In this document: one piece after another, positions 1-11,658 of the stretch
How positions within the stretch are numbered: the first letter of the stretch is position 1
How the letters are laid out: each line of letters begins with the position of its first letter
Assembly: GCA_040954595.2 (NCBI GenBank)
Contig: CM082585.2
Span: forward strand, 7,217,808 to 7,281,807
Source: Balanoglossus misakiensis
Taxonomy: Eukaryota > Animalia > Hemichordata
Length of the DNA stretch: 64,000 nucleotides
Direction of reading: 5' to 3'
Notes under the pieces: model-generated
The model's input: only the letters and a program-made list of their open reading frames with translations
What the model was told of the DNA's origin: nothing
Database searches by the model: none
Program-made: the position numbers and the translations under genes

Positions 1-255
1 CAGCAACCACTGCTGCCATCCATTCAGCCGAAGCCCATCCCCCAGGCTGGTGACCTACCGATGACACCGCTACAGACCTCCAGTGCCCCTCCGGGTCAAA
101 CACTCCAACCACAGACAGCGAACCCGGACACTCCACAACCGGAAACGCCACTCAAACAGCAACAACAAACCGGTGAATCAGCAGAGCCTTCTACTCCACT
201 GGGCGATGAACCTCGGAAAGTCAAAACAAGAGGAAAGAGGAAACCAAAGGATTGA
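1..255 (+). CDS. 3' terminal coding segment of a gene entering from the left; Pro/Gln/Thr-rich, ends in a basic tail (KVKTRGKRKPKD*)
   Basis: Frame 1 is open from base 1 (QQPLLPSIQPKPIPQAGDLPMTPLQ...) to TGA at 253-255, followed by AT-rich UTR-like sequence. No recognisable domain. Confidence 0.55.
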   Translation, partial: QQPLLPSIQPKPIPQAGDLPMTPLQTSSAPPGQTLQPQTANPDTPQPETPLKQQQQTGESAEPSTPLGDEPRKVKTRGKRKPKD

Positions 256-901
256 GCTGAACTAACTGTATATACAAGTGTTAAACTCACATCCATTTAG
301 ATGTTAACAAAGCTGCATAACATTATGCAATATACGAACCATGCTCTGGCTTTCAATGGTTACATCGATCACATGATGTAGCCTTGTACCACTTCCTATA
401 TGAGTGATTTTAAATCTTCCTCTGGACTGAGATGAGAGGGTCAATTTTAAGATCCTTTTGGATCAAATTGACAATAAGGGCATTGATGGAAAAAAGTTTA
501 AGGAATTAAAGGGAAATTATATGGCATATTAAATTTGTTCCGGTTCATGAAGCATGTGGTCATCGTTTCATATTAACATCATCATATTACAGAAAGTATA
601 CGGTGTAAACAGTGTGTACGAAGTTAGCTGCTGGATGCAACACACAGACTCTGTCAGTGTATTACATGTAGAGGCTTCAGTCATCCATTATGCCTTACTT
701 TGAAAAATAACACTGTGTAGTTTCAGGGATGAGCTTAAAATTGCTAAAAAAAAAATAGCTAGTCTCAACAAAAAAGGAACAAGTCTGCATTGACTGCATG
801 CTGTCACCCTTTTAATTACTCCACTGCTGTTGATACACATTTTCACTCTACAACTGATAATCACACCGTCAGAATCTGCGTCTGCATCAGCATCATGTCT
901 C

Positions 902-3900
902 TTACTGATACATAACTCTGGGTGGTGGTGGATCGTACACTGCGGGACCTGGTACCCCTGCCATCGGATAAGCGACGGGCGCTGGTGCCGGAGCCTGAGC
1001 ATGCATGCCGTGTCTGCAACAAAGAATGGAGGATTAAAGGTATACAGTCACCTCCAATTTGCATACGCCCATATATGGGAGAAACGGCGTATTTGAGTGT
1101 TCTAAAGAACATATGGTGGCACTCTTTTTTTCTCGTGTGCCACCCACTGAAAATCCGTGATTGGCTAGATCTCAAGTTTACCATGGTAACTGTAGCCAAT
1201 TTTCCACAGGTGACCGCATACCTTTAATCACATATTAGTCCCGACTGGATCAACATGGAAACATCGGAGGCAGTCACGGTGGAAGAAAACCAGTAACGGC
1301 ACTGTACTGAAATGTTTATTACAAAACGACCGCCTGAGACCACATTGGATTGTATCACAAAATGACCACAGGACACCATATTGGATTGTAACACTGACAC
1401 CCGAAAGTTAGTGCAAGGAGTACACTGCCCTTGTGTCAAGTTAAAATTCTTACAAAAAAAAAAACAGCTGCCAGGCAAACACATTTTTTGTCTGTCAGCC
1501 ATATTTGACTTAATTACATATCTGGCTCAGATTCAAATAAGTTCAGGCATGTCTAAGCATATGTTCTCGGGTCTGGAAAATTATTATTTAACTGGGGAAA
1601 ACAGTACTCACCCTAAACCGGTGTTGATGTTAATAGCATGGCCAGGTATCATTCCAGTCTGTGCGTTCACAACGATGTTTCTTCTATTTCTCTGGCTTGC
1701 TTTGTAGCAGCAAACACAGATACCAATGCACACGGGTATCATCACGGTAAGAATGCTAACCACAATGATAATGACGACGATGGCAATACCGACTGAAGAT
1801 TGGGAAAAAAAAATAAAAATACAACCGTTTCAGGATCAGGGTATAAGACCAGCTACTTTCAAACGAAGACTCCTCAAAATTGGAAGAAACATTTCTCTAG
1901 CTATTAAAGGTATACGGTCACCTATGGAAAATGATCTATAGTTACCATGGCAAATTGAGATCTAGCCAATCACAGATTTTCAGTGGGTGGCACACGCGAA
2001 AAAAAGAGCGCCGCCATATGTTCTTTTAGAACGCTCAAATACGCCATTTCAGCCATATATGGGCGTATGTACATTGGAGGTGACTGTATACGTTTAAGAA
2101 GCATCAAATTCTATGGAATGCTATAGAACTCAAATATAGAACATTTTTGTAAGGGAAGTAAAGGGTAAGACAGAAATGGAGTTTTGTGTCAGGCTCCGGT
2201 ACTCACAGCCATCTGCAAAAGCATCGGCAAAACCGCAGATGTTTTCATCGCTGCCATCTGCACAGTCTTGATAGCCATCGCACGCATAGAAGTACGGCAC
2301 ACAGTCCATGTTGTCACAGCTGAACTCGTTATACTCACAAGCTGAAACAAAAAGTCAATCGTCAGTTTCTTTGAAGTACGACGTCTTCCGGTGTTTTTCC
2401 ATGTGGTCACCGCAAGTATGCAAATTCATAGCCACAATGACCATGGAAATGCTGTTATCTTAGATTTCCATTCGGGTGGCCACATGTGAAAATGTGCGCC
2501 ACTAAGATTTAAATGCCATTTTAACCTTGTAACAGGCATATGTGAGTTAGAGATGAAGCAAATATGAGGTTGTCAGCCTATAGAAATTGCCAGTCTCTCT
2601 AATAATCCGAGAAAAAGCACATCTTATTTTTAAATGTACAAGCAATGTGGTACCATGAGGAAAGACTATTGAATATTGAAAGCTCACTTGAACATCCAAA
2701 TCCCGCTTCATCAGAGCCATCAGTACAGTCAGCCCATCCATCACAGACCCAGTGCCCAGGAACACAGTCTCCATTAAAGCATGCAAAGTCAGCGTCTGCA
2801 CAAAACCCTGTAAAGTAGGAAAATTGCCATTTGGTTATTCAGACGGGCACAGGGTTTCAGAGGCAGTGCATCTTCTGGTATGCATACACTCTATCTAGGA
2901 AGACAGTACAGAGAAGTCACCAAAAACTCACCGCATATGCTTGGTTCTTCGTCCCACTCGCTTGGACAGTCCGCCATGTGATCACAAACCCAGTCAAGTG
3001 GAATGCAAGTGCCATCTTGGCAGGCAAACTCGTCAAAACCACACCCTGTCGCGACAGAAAAACAAAATTATAAATTCACTGCAATCAACCAGCATAACAT
3101 ACATTGTACATCAGTTTGAGTCATGTATGGTGGATGCAAAAACACAAAATCTGCAGATTATGTTTTCAGTCCATTTTGTCTCATCGTAAGTACTATACTA
3201 GAGGCATACTTCTAATTCATCAGTTTCAAGTCACAATTGGCAATTCTGTGGCTGTATATACTGCCTCCATGGAAAGAGCTAGTGCAGGGCCCTACCTCCA
3301 GTGAAACACGCCATGGCCGATTCATCAGAATTGTCACCGCAGTCATTGTCGCCATCGCAGGCATAATCCAACGGGACACAGTTTTGATTCCAGCAATAGA
3401 ACTCTTCGGATCCACAATTACCTACAGTCATCAGCAGAGCCCCAGGAAAACAAACAACATGCAAGAATCAAATTAGAAAGCACAGTCAAACCACAGCATC
3501 AATGGCCATGTTCCTCTACATAGTGTAAACTTGTCTATATCGTGGACACTTTAATTGTAACAGGCAAGTTGTACACGCACACAACAATCAAAAAGCTTTC
3601 GGGAGAAAGCGTGTGTGGTTCCCCTGGACTCGCATGAATATAAAACCACAGGGTCTAATATGATAACATTTCAACATGCGAATGAATGTCAAATTCACAT
3701 GCCAAATGAGGGTATATCTCCCCCCCCCCATAAAAAAAATTAAAAAATAAAAATAAAAAATCCCAGGCAGACTTACGGTCACACATGAATTCATCTTCAC
3801 CGTAGGGGCAATCATTCCAGTGATCGCATGCCCAGGACCCCGGTATACAAGTCCCATCTACGCACTGAAATTCTCCAGGTTCACATTCTGAATTTGAAAA

Positions 3901-4900
3901 TGAAGTTAAAATGAAATAACTCAACTTTTCAATCATATATAAAATAATAGTACTACTGATATAGCCATGGGAGAAAAAAATATTGTTTCTTGGAATCCAA
4001 CACCTTTTTCTGGTTTTGGGGGGACTGAAAAAACTGCACTCCATTTTCAAAGTTCTCAGATTTTCATTTTTTTCCACATATGTAACATCGGTGGCCATTT
4101 TCAATTTCAATTTTTAAGAGAAAATAAATTAATCTAAAATTGCCTTCAGGAACACAGTAGATCTCATCGTCACCATACATGCAGTCTGGATCACCATCAC
4201 ACTGATATCCTTCTGGTATGCAGGATCCATCGACGCAGCGAAATTCACTCTCTGAGCATTCTGATACACAAAGATGAAAGTGCGAAAAATGATAGCTGGG
4301 CTGTCATCCCTATTTCCCTAAAACAATGGATTCTCCCTTGACATTGGAGAAAGTGGATTCATGTAAACTAAAATAAACCTTCACTCAACTCAAATAATAA
4401 CTGAACTGAACTGAACTATAGGTGAAAGTCTGAATGGCCATTACGATTATTTTGTTCAACTGTGATTCATATGAGTGTGGAAAACAGTTGGTGGCTGGCG
4501 ACACCAGAAAAAATAACTAGCTATGCTACTGATAAAATATATGAAAGTCATTCAAAACAGTGCCATATCTTATGGACTTTGCACCCCCCCCCCCCCCCCT
4601 ATAATCGATCTCTAAATTGAATTCCCAACCATTTGATGTACTCGGGATGGGATATACTATTGGTGAATAGGGGGGGGGGGGGGGTTGGAACAATTGGCTC
4701 CTCACCTATAACACAGAGAAGTTCATCTTCACCATACAGGCTGCAGTCGTCCATGCCATCACAAACCCAACTCTGTGGGATACACATTCCATCTGCACAG
4801 GTAAATTGGTTCACCGGACATACTGCAAATTTGGGAATAAGATGCAGAAATAACATTCATTAGAAGGTAATGGTGGTATTGATGGTGGTGGTGGTGGTGG

Positions 4901-4964
<64 letters not shown>

Positions 4965-7409
4965 TGATGATGATGATGATGATGATGATTTGGATGAAGA
5001 CCTCTTACCAAGAATGCAGTTTTATAATGTGATATGACCCACTAGCACAACATAAAAACCTTAATGTAGGGAGAATTGAGACCATATTATCTCATTTCAC
5101 AAGATGAGTCCCTGTTCAAGTTTCATTTCAACTTCTGGGATGTTATATAGGACACATGGTAGATTGCCTTACCTGTTTCACAGAATTCATCTTCACCATA
5201 GGGGCAGTCATTCCAATTGTCACACTCCCATCCTGCAGGTATGCACGCACCATCCATGCACTGGAATTCGTCTGGTGAACAAACTAAGTAAACCAAACAT
5301 GCAGAGATGAGTTAGGCATATATCATGACCATGCTTTGGTGAATTATCGATCAAGAAGTTCGTACATTCAGAACTGAAGCAAACCTGCATGCATACAACA
5401 ATCGACATTTGAAATTGTTCTGTCACAAACATTCTTATCAAATCTTATTAAAATTTCAAAAGAAAGGCATAAAAGAAATTAAATATTATCCCCAGATATT
5501 AAGCACATCTGACCTGTGACGCAGTTGAACTCGTCTTCACCATACGTGCAGTCGTTCCAACCATCGCATTCATAGCCTGATGGTATGCAAGATCCATCGG
5601 CGCAACTGAATTCACTCTCTGCGCACTCTAATGCACAATTCATAACGATAAAGCCATTTTGAATTTCAAAGTTAAGACAATTTCGCTCTCTCAATCACAA
5701 CTGTGCATGGTGAACTCAGTTTCTAATCTCAATTTGAAGAGCGAATAATCAGTCTTAAAAATTGCCCTGCACAAAATATGTGAAAAAAAAGTTAGAGATT
5801 TTATTTTCTAGGTACATACTATCTTAACTTACCATGAATTTTATTAAACATATCTCACCTATTATACAGTTGAGTTCATCTTCACCATACGTGCAGTCTA
5901 CGTAATCATCGCATTCATAGTCAGCTGGTATGCAGTCTCCGTCAGCACAACGAAATTGACTATCCGCGCATTCTCCTACAAAATTTATAATGAAAACAAA
6001 AATACTGAGAAAATAACCCAAAGTCATGAGTTACTGGAACATGAACGCAATTCGCAGCATAAAACTCTTCATTCACATTATTGCACATGGACTCATATGC
6101 ATTGGATGTGCTTGAGGCTATACTATCTCAATTCACAAGATGGGCAAAGTCCCTGTAAAAATGTTATTTCCACTTCAGGGATTTAAGGACATATAGCACA
6201 TTGCCATACCTTCTTCACAATACTCATCTTCACCATTAAGGCAGTCTACGTAATCATCGCATTCATAGTTGGCTGGTATGCAGTCTCCGTCAGCACAACG
6301 AAATTGACTATCCGAGCATTCTCCTACAAAATGTTTAATGAAAGCAAAAATACTGAGAAAATAACCCAAAGTCATGAGTTACTGGAACATGAACGCAATT
6401 CATAAATTTCTTCATTCACATTATTGCACATGGACTTGTATGCATTGGATGTTTTTGAGGCTATACTATCTCAATTCACAAGAAAATGTTTTTTCCACTT
6501 CAGGGATTTAAGGACATATAGTACATTGCCATACCTTCTTCACAATACTCGTCTTCACCATCAAGGCAGTCAGACCAGTCATCACACTCCCATTCTGCAG
6601 GTATGCAAGCCCCATTCGTGCACTGGAATTCATCTGCTAAGCAATATTCTATGCAAACAAAGAATGCAGTAAAGTCAGTTGGTAATAAATCATGACCACG
6701 CAGTGTGTGACTGGTGCATTAAAAGGGCTATTAGCTGTATCTTTTGGTTTTATTTTCACAATTTTTGTTCTGTGTACCAAATGCAATATCTTGTTCTACT
6801 CAAAACAGCATTGTTACTATAATATACCCAGTACTCAGCTTGTCAACATAGCCTGTATGTGTGTAACTGCCACTGTTATTGTTGACAAATGAATTCTAGT
6901 CCGGACAATGCTGACTATATACTTATAGGTTGTGTTAATTGTCTACTAGTCACCCTCCTAGATATGTACACATTCGGAACTGAAGTGGATCTACAATTGT
7001 ATCACAACTTTCTTACTGTATAAAATTAAAACTTCCAAAGAAAAGTAAGTTAAGAAATTAAATATTATGCCTTGTTATATCTTACCTCCTATGCAGGACA
7101 ATTCATCTTCACCAGATGGACAATCATTCATTCCATCACAGATCCAACTCAGTGGTATACAGCCTCCACCAACACACATAATGGTACCATCTGGACAGAC
7201 TGTCAGAAGAACAAATCATGCACAAAGTGGTCAAAATTCTCCTGGGAATACTGTAAGAGACCAGCAACTGTTGACAAAAGCACACAAGTAATGTAATCAA
7301 TGGTTCACCTACATGTTTGTCCGACTGCTTGCAGGCTGAATGCTGTTGCTAGGAAGCATACTGCTGCTACGAGACGAAATGTTGTCTTCATCACTGTGTT
7401 CCTGGCCAT
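902..7409 (-). CDS. Type I membrane protein, ~637 aa: signal peptide, 13 tandem LDLa modules, TM helix, Cys-Cys, short Pro-rich tail; 16 coding exons
   Basis: Signal exon 7409-7313 ([32 protein letters not shown]). LDLa exons 7199-7086, 6648-6535, 6323-6210, 5975-5859, 5627-5514, 5283-5173, 4822-4706, 4260-4144, 3887-3777, 3421-3296, 3045-2932, 2807-2688, 2341-2207, all phase 1-1 with the six-Cys pattern ending CD-x3-DC...DE. TM exon 1792-1612 ([30 protein letters not shown]). Last exon 1013-902 ([36 protein letters not shown]). Total 1914 nt, in frame. Confidence 0.85.
1038..1223 (+). mobile_element. MITE, Kolobok/T2-like (TTAA target duplication, AGG termini), copy 1
   Basis: TTAA|AGGTATACAGTCACC...GGTGACCGCATACCT|TTAA; ~15-bp TIRs; similar to copies at 1908-2093 and 15807-15978. 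Confidence 0.85.
1908..2093 (-). mobile_element. MITE, Kolobok/T2-like, copy 2 (inverted relative to copy 1)
   Basis: TTAA|AGGTATACGGTCACC...GGTGACTGTATACGT|TTAA; the internal sequence matches the reverse complement of copy 1. Confidence 0.85.
3985..4112. repeat. Probable fragment of an interspersed DNA repeat
   Basis: Shares gattttc...catatgta...gg(t/c)ggccatttt(c/g)aatttcaa with 29165-29225. Confidence 0.35.
4882..4989. repeat. (GGT)n/(GAT)n trinucleotide microsatellite in an intron
   Basis: Directly visible run. Confidence 0.95.
5892..6571. repeat. Tandem duplication (~330-350 bp unit) covering one LDLa exon-equivalent plus its intron
   Basis: 5892-6240 and 6241-6571 are highly similar, including intron sequence (aatactgagaaaataacccaaagtcatgagttactggaacatgaacgcaattc). 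Confidence 0.9.
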
Positions 7410-8809
7410 CTTGTCAAACGTGTTTGGTGTATTTTCACTGGCGGTGGATTGCGACGCCTACCGCAGAGCTACCAATTCATCACGAGGGGGGAAAGTGTGA
7501 GATATAGTCAGAATATGACTCAGTGCCTCAGAAAACACATGAACAGAAAACACATGAACAAAACATATCGATGCGTTCATCATTTGTAATTTGTTGGCGG
7601 GACTATCGATCGGCCTCACACACTGCAATGTCACCTGTCAGGCGTCAAAAAGAGATCAGAAAGATGTGGTTCTATGACGGACGGCGAAAAACATGGGCAC
7701 AGTCTGTCCTGCGACCCCGCCCCCTCCACAACAAGCAAAACCGCGGCCACGCCCCCCTCTACTTTCGACTACCTACGCTACGGCAGTGCTCTCAACACAC
7801 CGTTCAACCGAGGTTACAAAGAAAATTCATACCTGGAGTTCTTAACAGCCATAATTATCTCCCAGAAACTTTCAATCCCTTCTTGCCAAAGCCCCCGCAC
7901 TGCTTTGATTCTTCGATTTTGTCGATCGTGCATTGCATTGTCGAACAATCGCATTATTAGAATTTCAGGCCCCTTAGGTGACTGTTTCTCATATAGTTCA
8001 ATAGCGCCACCAACGGCAGTTTACATTCCCGTACGTGACTGATGCAACTAGTACTTGCGTGAATTTATATGTAATTCACAAAAATAAGCAATTTTTGTTT
8101 CAAGAAAGTTCCTTGGCCTTCATGGGGTTCCACTGTTGGACTACTACATCCTTGGTTGTTCTTCAACAAATTCATGGACTAATTTTTTCACAGCATAGCA
8201 ATATTTTATTATAACCATATAAACAATTAAATTTTAACACTTCAAAGTCAAAATTTCAAAATTGACTGAAATTCATCATTCTTTAAGGAAATGATCACAA
8301 GTTTAATTAAAAGTTGATGGGTTCTATCAATTCTGAAGTCTAAAATTGTGCATATTAACTTTCAAAGCAAGCACAGACCATAAAATGTAAAAAAATTTAA
8401 ATACAAATTGAAATAATAAAAATGCAAATTCCTACATCTTTAAAAGATGTACAACTGAGAAATCCTTGAGCTACAGCTTTCATCAATTTCACCTACATAA
8501 AAGTCACATTACTGTCAGCCAAACAATGGCTTCATGTGGAATTGAATTTATTAAGTCCTAAATAGATAAAAAAGATACTGGCCACAGGCAATGATTCATA
8601 AAATTCATGTGTACAAAGATATTTCCTTGAAAGACATGTTTACAGGGATTAGTAGCTGTAATGATGTTTTTCTTAGGAATCTAAATTACCCTTGCAAGGT
8701 AAATTATTGATTTTTTTTTTTTGTATTTTTTGTGAAATGTAACTCAAACTCATACATCATACCATTTGCTGCCCCTTAAAAGGGGTTGGTATAACAGATA
8801 GCTCTGTCA

Positions 8810-10332
8810 TTAAGCTAAAACTATGGTTACCAGAGCAACAAAAACAGATAGTCCAAAACTGGCAGCACTGATAGCACCTGTAAGAAGAAAATAAGTAATT
8901 AACAGTATCCACAAACAAGAAATGTGTTTTGAGTATTAACTAGAGAACATGATTCCAAATTTCCTTCATCACTGATACACATACAAGCTTAGGTTTATAA
9001 ATCAGGTTATAGACATCAAAGAGGGAAATTTGGCTAGTTAATATTTTGGGAAACTTACTTGCTCCACCTTCTTCTTCTTCCCCACCGTCATCATCACCAT
9101 CACAGCCCGCTTCATCCTCAGCATCTGGACAATCATCCCAGGAGTCACATATCCAGGAGGCCGGAATACAGTGACCACTATCACAAGTGAAGTCATCTGG
9201 ATTGCAATCTGGGAATGAAAGGTCATTCGTTTAAACATCAATTGATCAAGATCATGGTTCAAAACAGAGCCACCTTGACAGAATATACAAAGGGAAATGT
9301 TTGCAAAGATTTCAAAAGTTGGAGTAGTTTTTTAATATAATTATGTAAATAGGCTGTCTAAAGAGGCTGCAATAATCCAAATAGTGTTGAAACTAAGTGA
9401 CTTTATGCATTTATCATGTTTATCATGATATAAATATGCATGTATTGTAGGACTCACCACAACCATCTTCATCTTCACCGGTGTCACAATCTAAATAGTA
9501 ATCACAAATCCAGCTACCAGGCATGCACTCTCCAGAATCACACTGAAAGTCATCAGGGGCACATGTTGTTTCAGCTAAAACGTTAAATAGAGACAAACTG
9601 CTTGTTAGAATAATTTCAAAATCAAGCCTTCTCACACAGCAAGTGTCAATATTTCAAGTTCAAAATTAATTAATAACAACATAGTGTACTAGTCTTTTTT
9701 CAAAAAGGGGATTTCTAAGACTTACGGCAATCAACTTCATCGTCTCCATCAGCACAGTCACTTTCGAAATCACATACCCAGCTTATAGGTATACAACTGC
9801 CACTAGTGCATTCATATTCATCATCAGCACATGCTATGGAACAGGAGAAAATAGTGAGTTAAAGTGAAACCAGAACAGTACAAAGTACCAATTCAGAAAA
9901 CAAATAACTTATACTTTATCATGAAAATCTAATATCTAAAATATTTATTGATGATATGCATGATGCATCTGCTAGAACTATATTTGTGGTGTATTAAAAC
10001 TGTTTTTTTTTTTTTATGAGGGAAACTATATAAATGAAGTGTTGGGGGGGGGGGGGTGGCATCTTTATTGTTGAAAATGTGCACACAACCACATCAGTTA
10101 GTATAAATGACATTAGATAAAGCAAACTCTGCATTAAGTTAATCATATTCTTCTTCATACTCATTTTGGGACAGATATTTCATTTCCAAATACTTCTGAA
10201 AAGAACACAAGTAAAATTTATGGCAATGACTTTTTAAAAGCTATCTCAGACATGAAGTTGTAAAGTACCTGATACTGTGCTGATTCCATATTGTAGAAGC
10301 AAAACCACAACCAATAAGTGTATCCTGTCCAT
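8810..10332 (-). CDS. Small LDLa protein, ~168 aa: signal peptide, 3 LDLa modules, acidic linker, C-terminal GPI-anchor-like signal; 5 coding exons
   Basis: Exons 10332-10269 ([21 protein letters not shown]), 9833-9726, 9574-9458, 9208-9059 (LDLa + [14 protein letters not shown]), 8877-8810 ([22 protein letters not shown]). Canonical GT-AG introns, 507 nt in frame. Confidence 0.85.
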
Positions 10333-10471
10333 TGTGTTTTCTGGTTTTATAAAAAATGAGAAGAAATCATTTTATATTTCATGACTAAATGCTCAAGCCA
10401 GTCAAAACAAGGACTGCCCGGAGTACGGCACGGTACTTGACATTTCATTCAATCTAAACCAGTCAAAGTGA

Positions 10472-10939
10472 GGTTTTCATGAAAGAAGCAAGCTTTCCTG
10501 GACAAAGAATGACATAAAAAATTAAATCTTCCAAAAACTCGACCAAATGGCATTAAATTGTATCTGATAAAAGTGGTATCGCAAGTCTTGCTTTCATTCA
10601 TTCAAGGAAATGAAGTTGAGTTTGTTTCTACGAACGACTGCTTATATCATCAATCTAACACTGTAAAACTTTGTGAACTCGTAAGAGGGATAGTAAGACG
10701 TAACTTCATCTGTCAATCCATATTTCGGTTTTCATGAAATAAGCAAACTTTCCTGTGCAAAGAATGACAGAAATCCTCTCACAACTGAACCAATTGACAT
10801 TAAATTGTATCTGATAAACGTGGTATCGCCTGTTTTGTTGTCATATTTCAATGAAATGAAGTTCAGTTTGTTTCTACGAACGCTTGCATATTAATGTACT
10901 ACATTTCAATTTTCATGTAAAACTTTTGTGAACTCGTAA
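10472..10939. repeat. Diverged tandem duplication, ~255-bp period, non-coding
   Basis: ggttttcatgaaa...cattaaattgtatctgataaa...gtttgtttctacgaacg...tttgtgaactcgtaa occurs at 10472-10684 and again at 10727-10939. Confidence 0.8.
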
Positions 10940-11555
10940 TTAATCACGGAATTTTTGTCTGAGATTAACCTAAAACACAAGGCTTGATTTTGACAATAAA
11001 TAACATTACCTTTTGATGAAGAGATGGAAAAAAGGATGATTTTTTTAAATGACGCGAGATGAACCCTGCCTTGTCGTTCACTGAGCTGCCGAAACTGACG
11101 TTTTACTGCTGACCCCCCAGAATGGCAAAAATAAAATTCCCATTACTACAATGAAGTAAATATTTTCTCATAATCGTCTGAAAGCATCGTGTAAAGCATT
11201 TTGCTGGAGATAATTATAAAATTACATTTGGTACCTTCAGGTAAATTGTGCTTAAAATATGACTGTCAGATGCTTTCTACTGAGGTTGAAATTATGACGT
11301 AGAGAAAGCCATGTAAATTCATAAAGTTAGGGACTTAATAGTCGTCGTCTTAGCAACCTGGGCGTCCAGTCGTCTGCTAGGCTCTATATGTATGCTACAT
11401 TTGTAAATTATTCTGCGATATTTTTGTTTATTGTATGGTTCAGACCGAGTCAAAGATGCTATTGATATGTAGTTTTCGGAAACCAGTCTAAATTGATTGA
11501 GGACCATGCAAAATTGTCAAATTTGCCTCAAATTCCGGATCGGAGAGATCTGAAG

Positions 11556-11658
11556 GCGCGTACGTACGCGCGCTCAGTCTCTGTCACGTGATTTTAACCT
11601 GAACTCACGTGAGGAAGTTACGAGCTTCGTTCGGAGATTCCCTGACCTCATATGACCT
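11556..11658. promoter_or_regulatory. Putative divergent-promoter motif cluster: 16-bp palindrome, two TCACGTGA E-boxes, perfect DR4
   Basis: GCGCGTACGTACGCGC at 11556-11571; TCACGTGA at 11584-11591 and 11605-11612; TGACCT-cata-TGACCT at 11643-11658. CpG-rich patch between head-to-head genes. Confidence 0.45.

Noticed and set aside
1315-1395. Short local tandem duplications (also 7530-7567, 14304-14346, 57635-57669)
   Set aside because: Ordinary slippage-type duplications with no evident function.
2400-2525. Possible fourth, degenerate copy of the Kolobok-like MITE
   Set aside because: Only patchy similarity, with no clear TIRs or TSD.
2200-7200. Regularly spaced similar ~115-bp units, superficially array- or CRISPR-like
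   Set aside because: They are spliced LDLa exons with splice-site boundaries; there are no identical short repeats with spacers and no cas genes.
7700-7760. GC boxes upstream of the 13-LDLa gene
   Set aside because: Plausible Sp/KLF sites but too common to report without TSS data.
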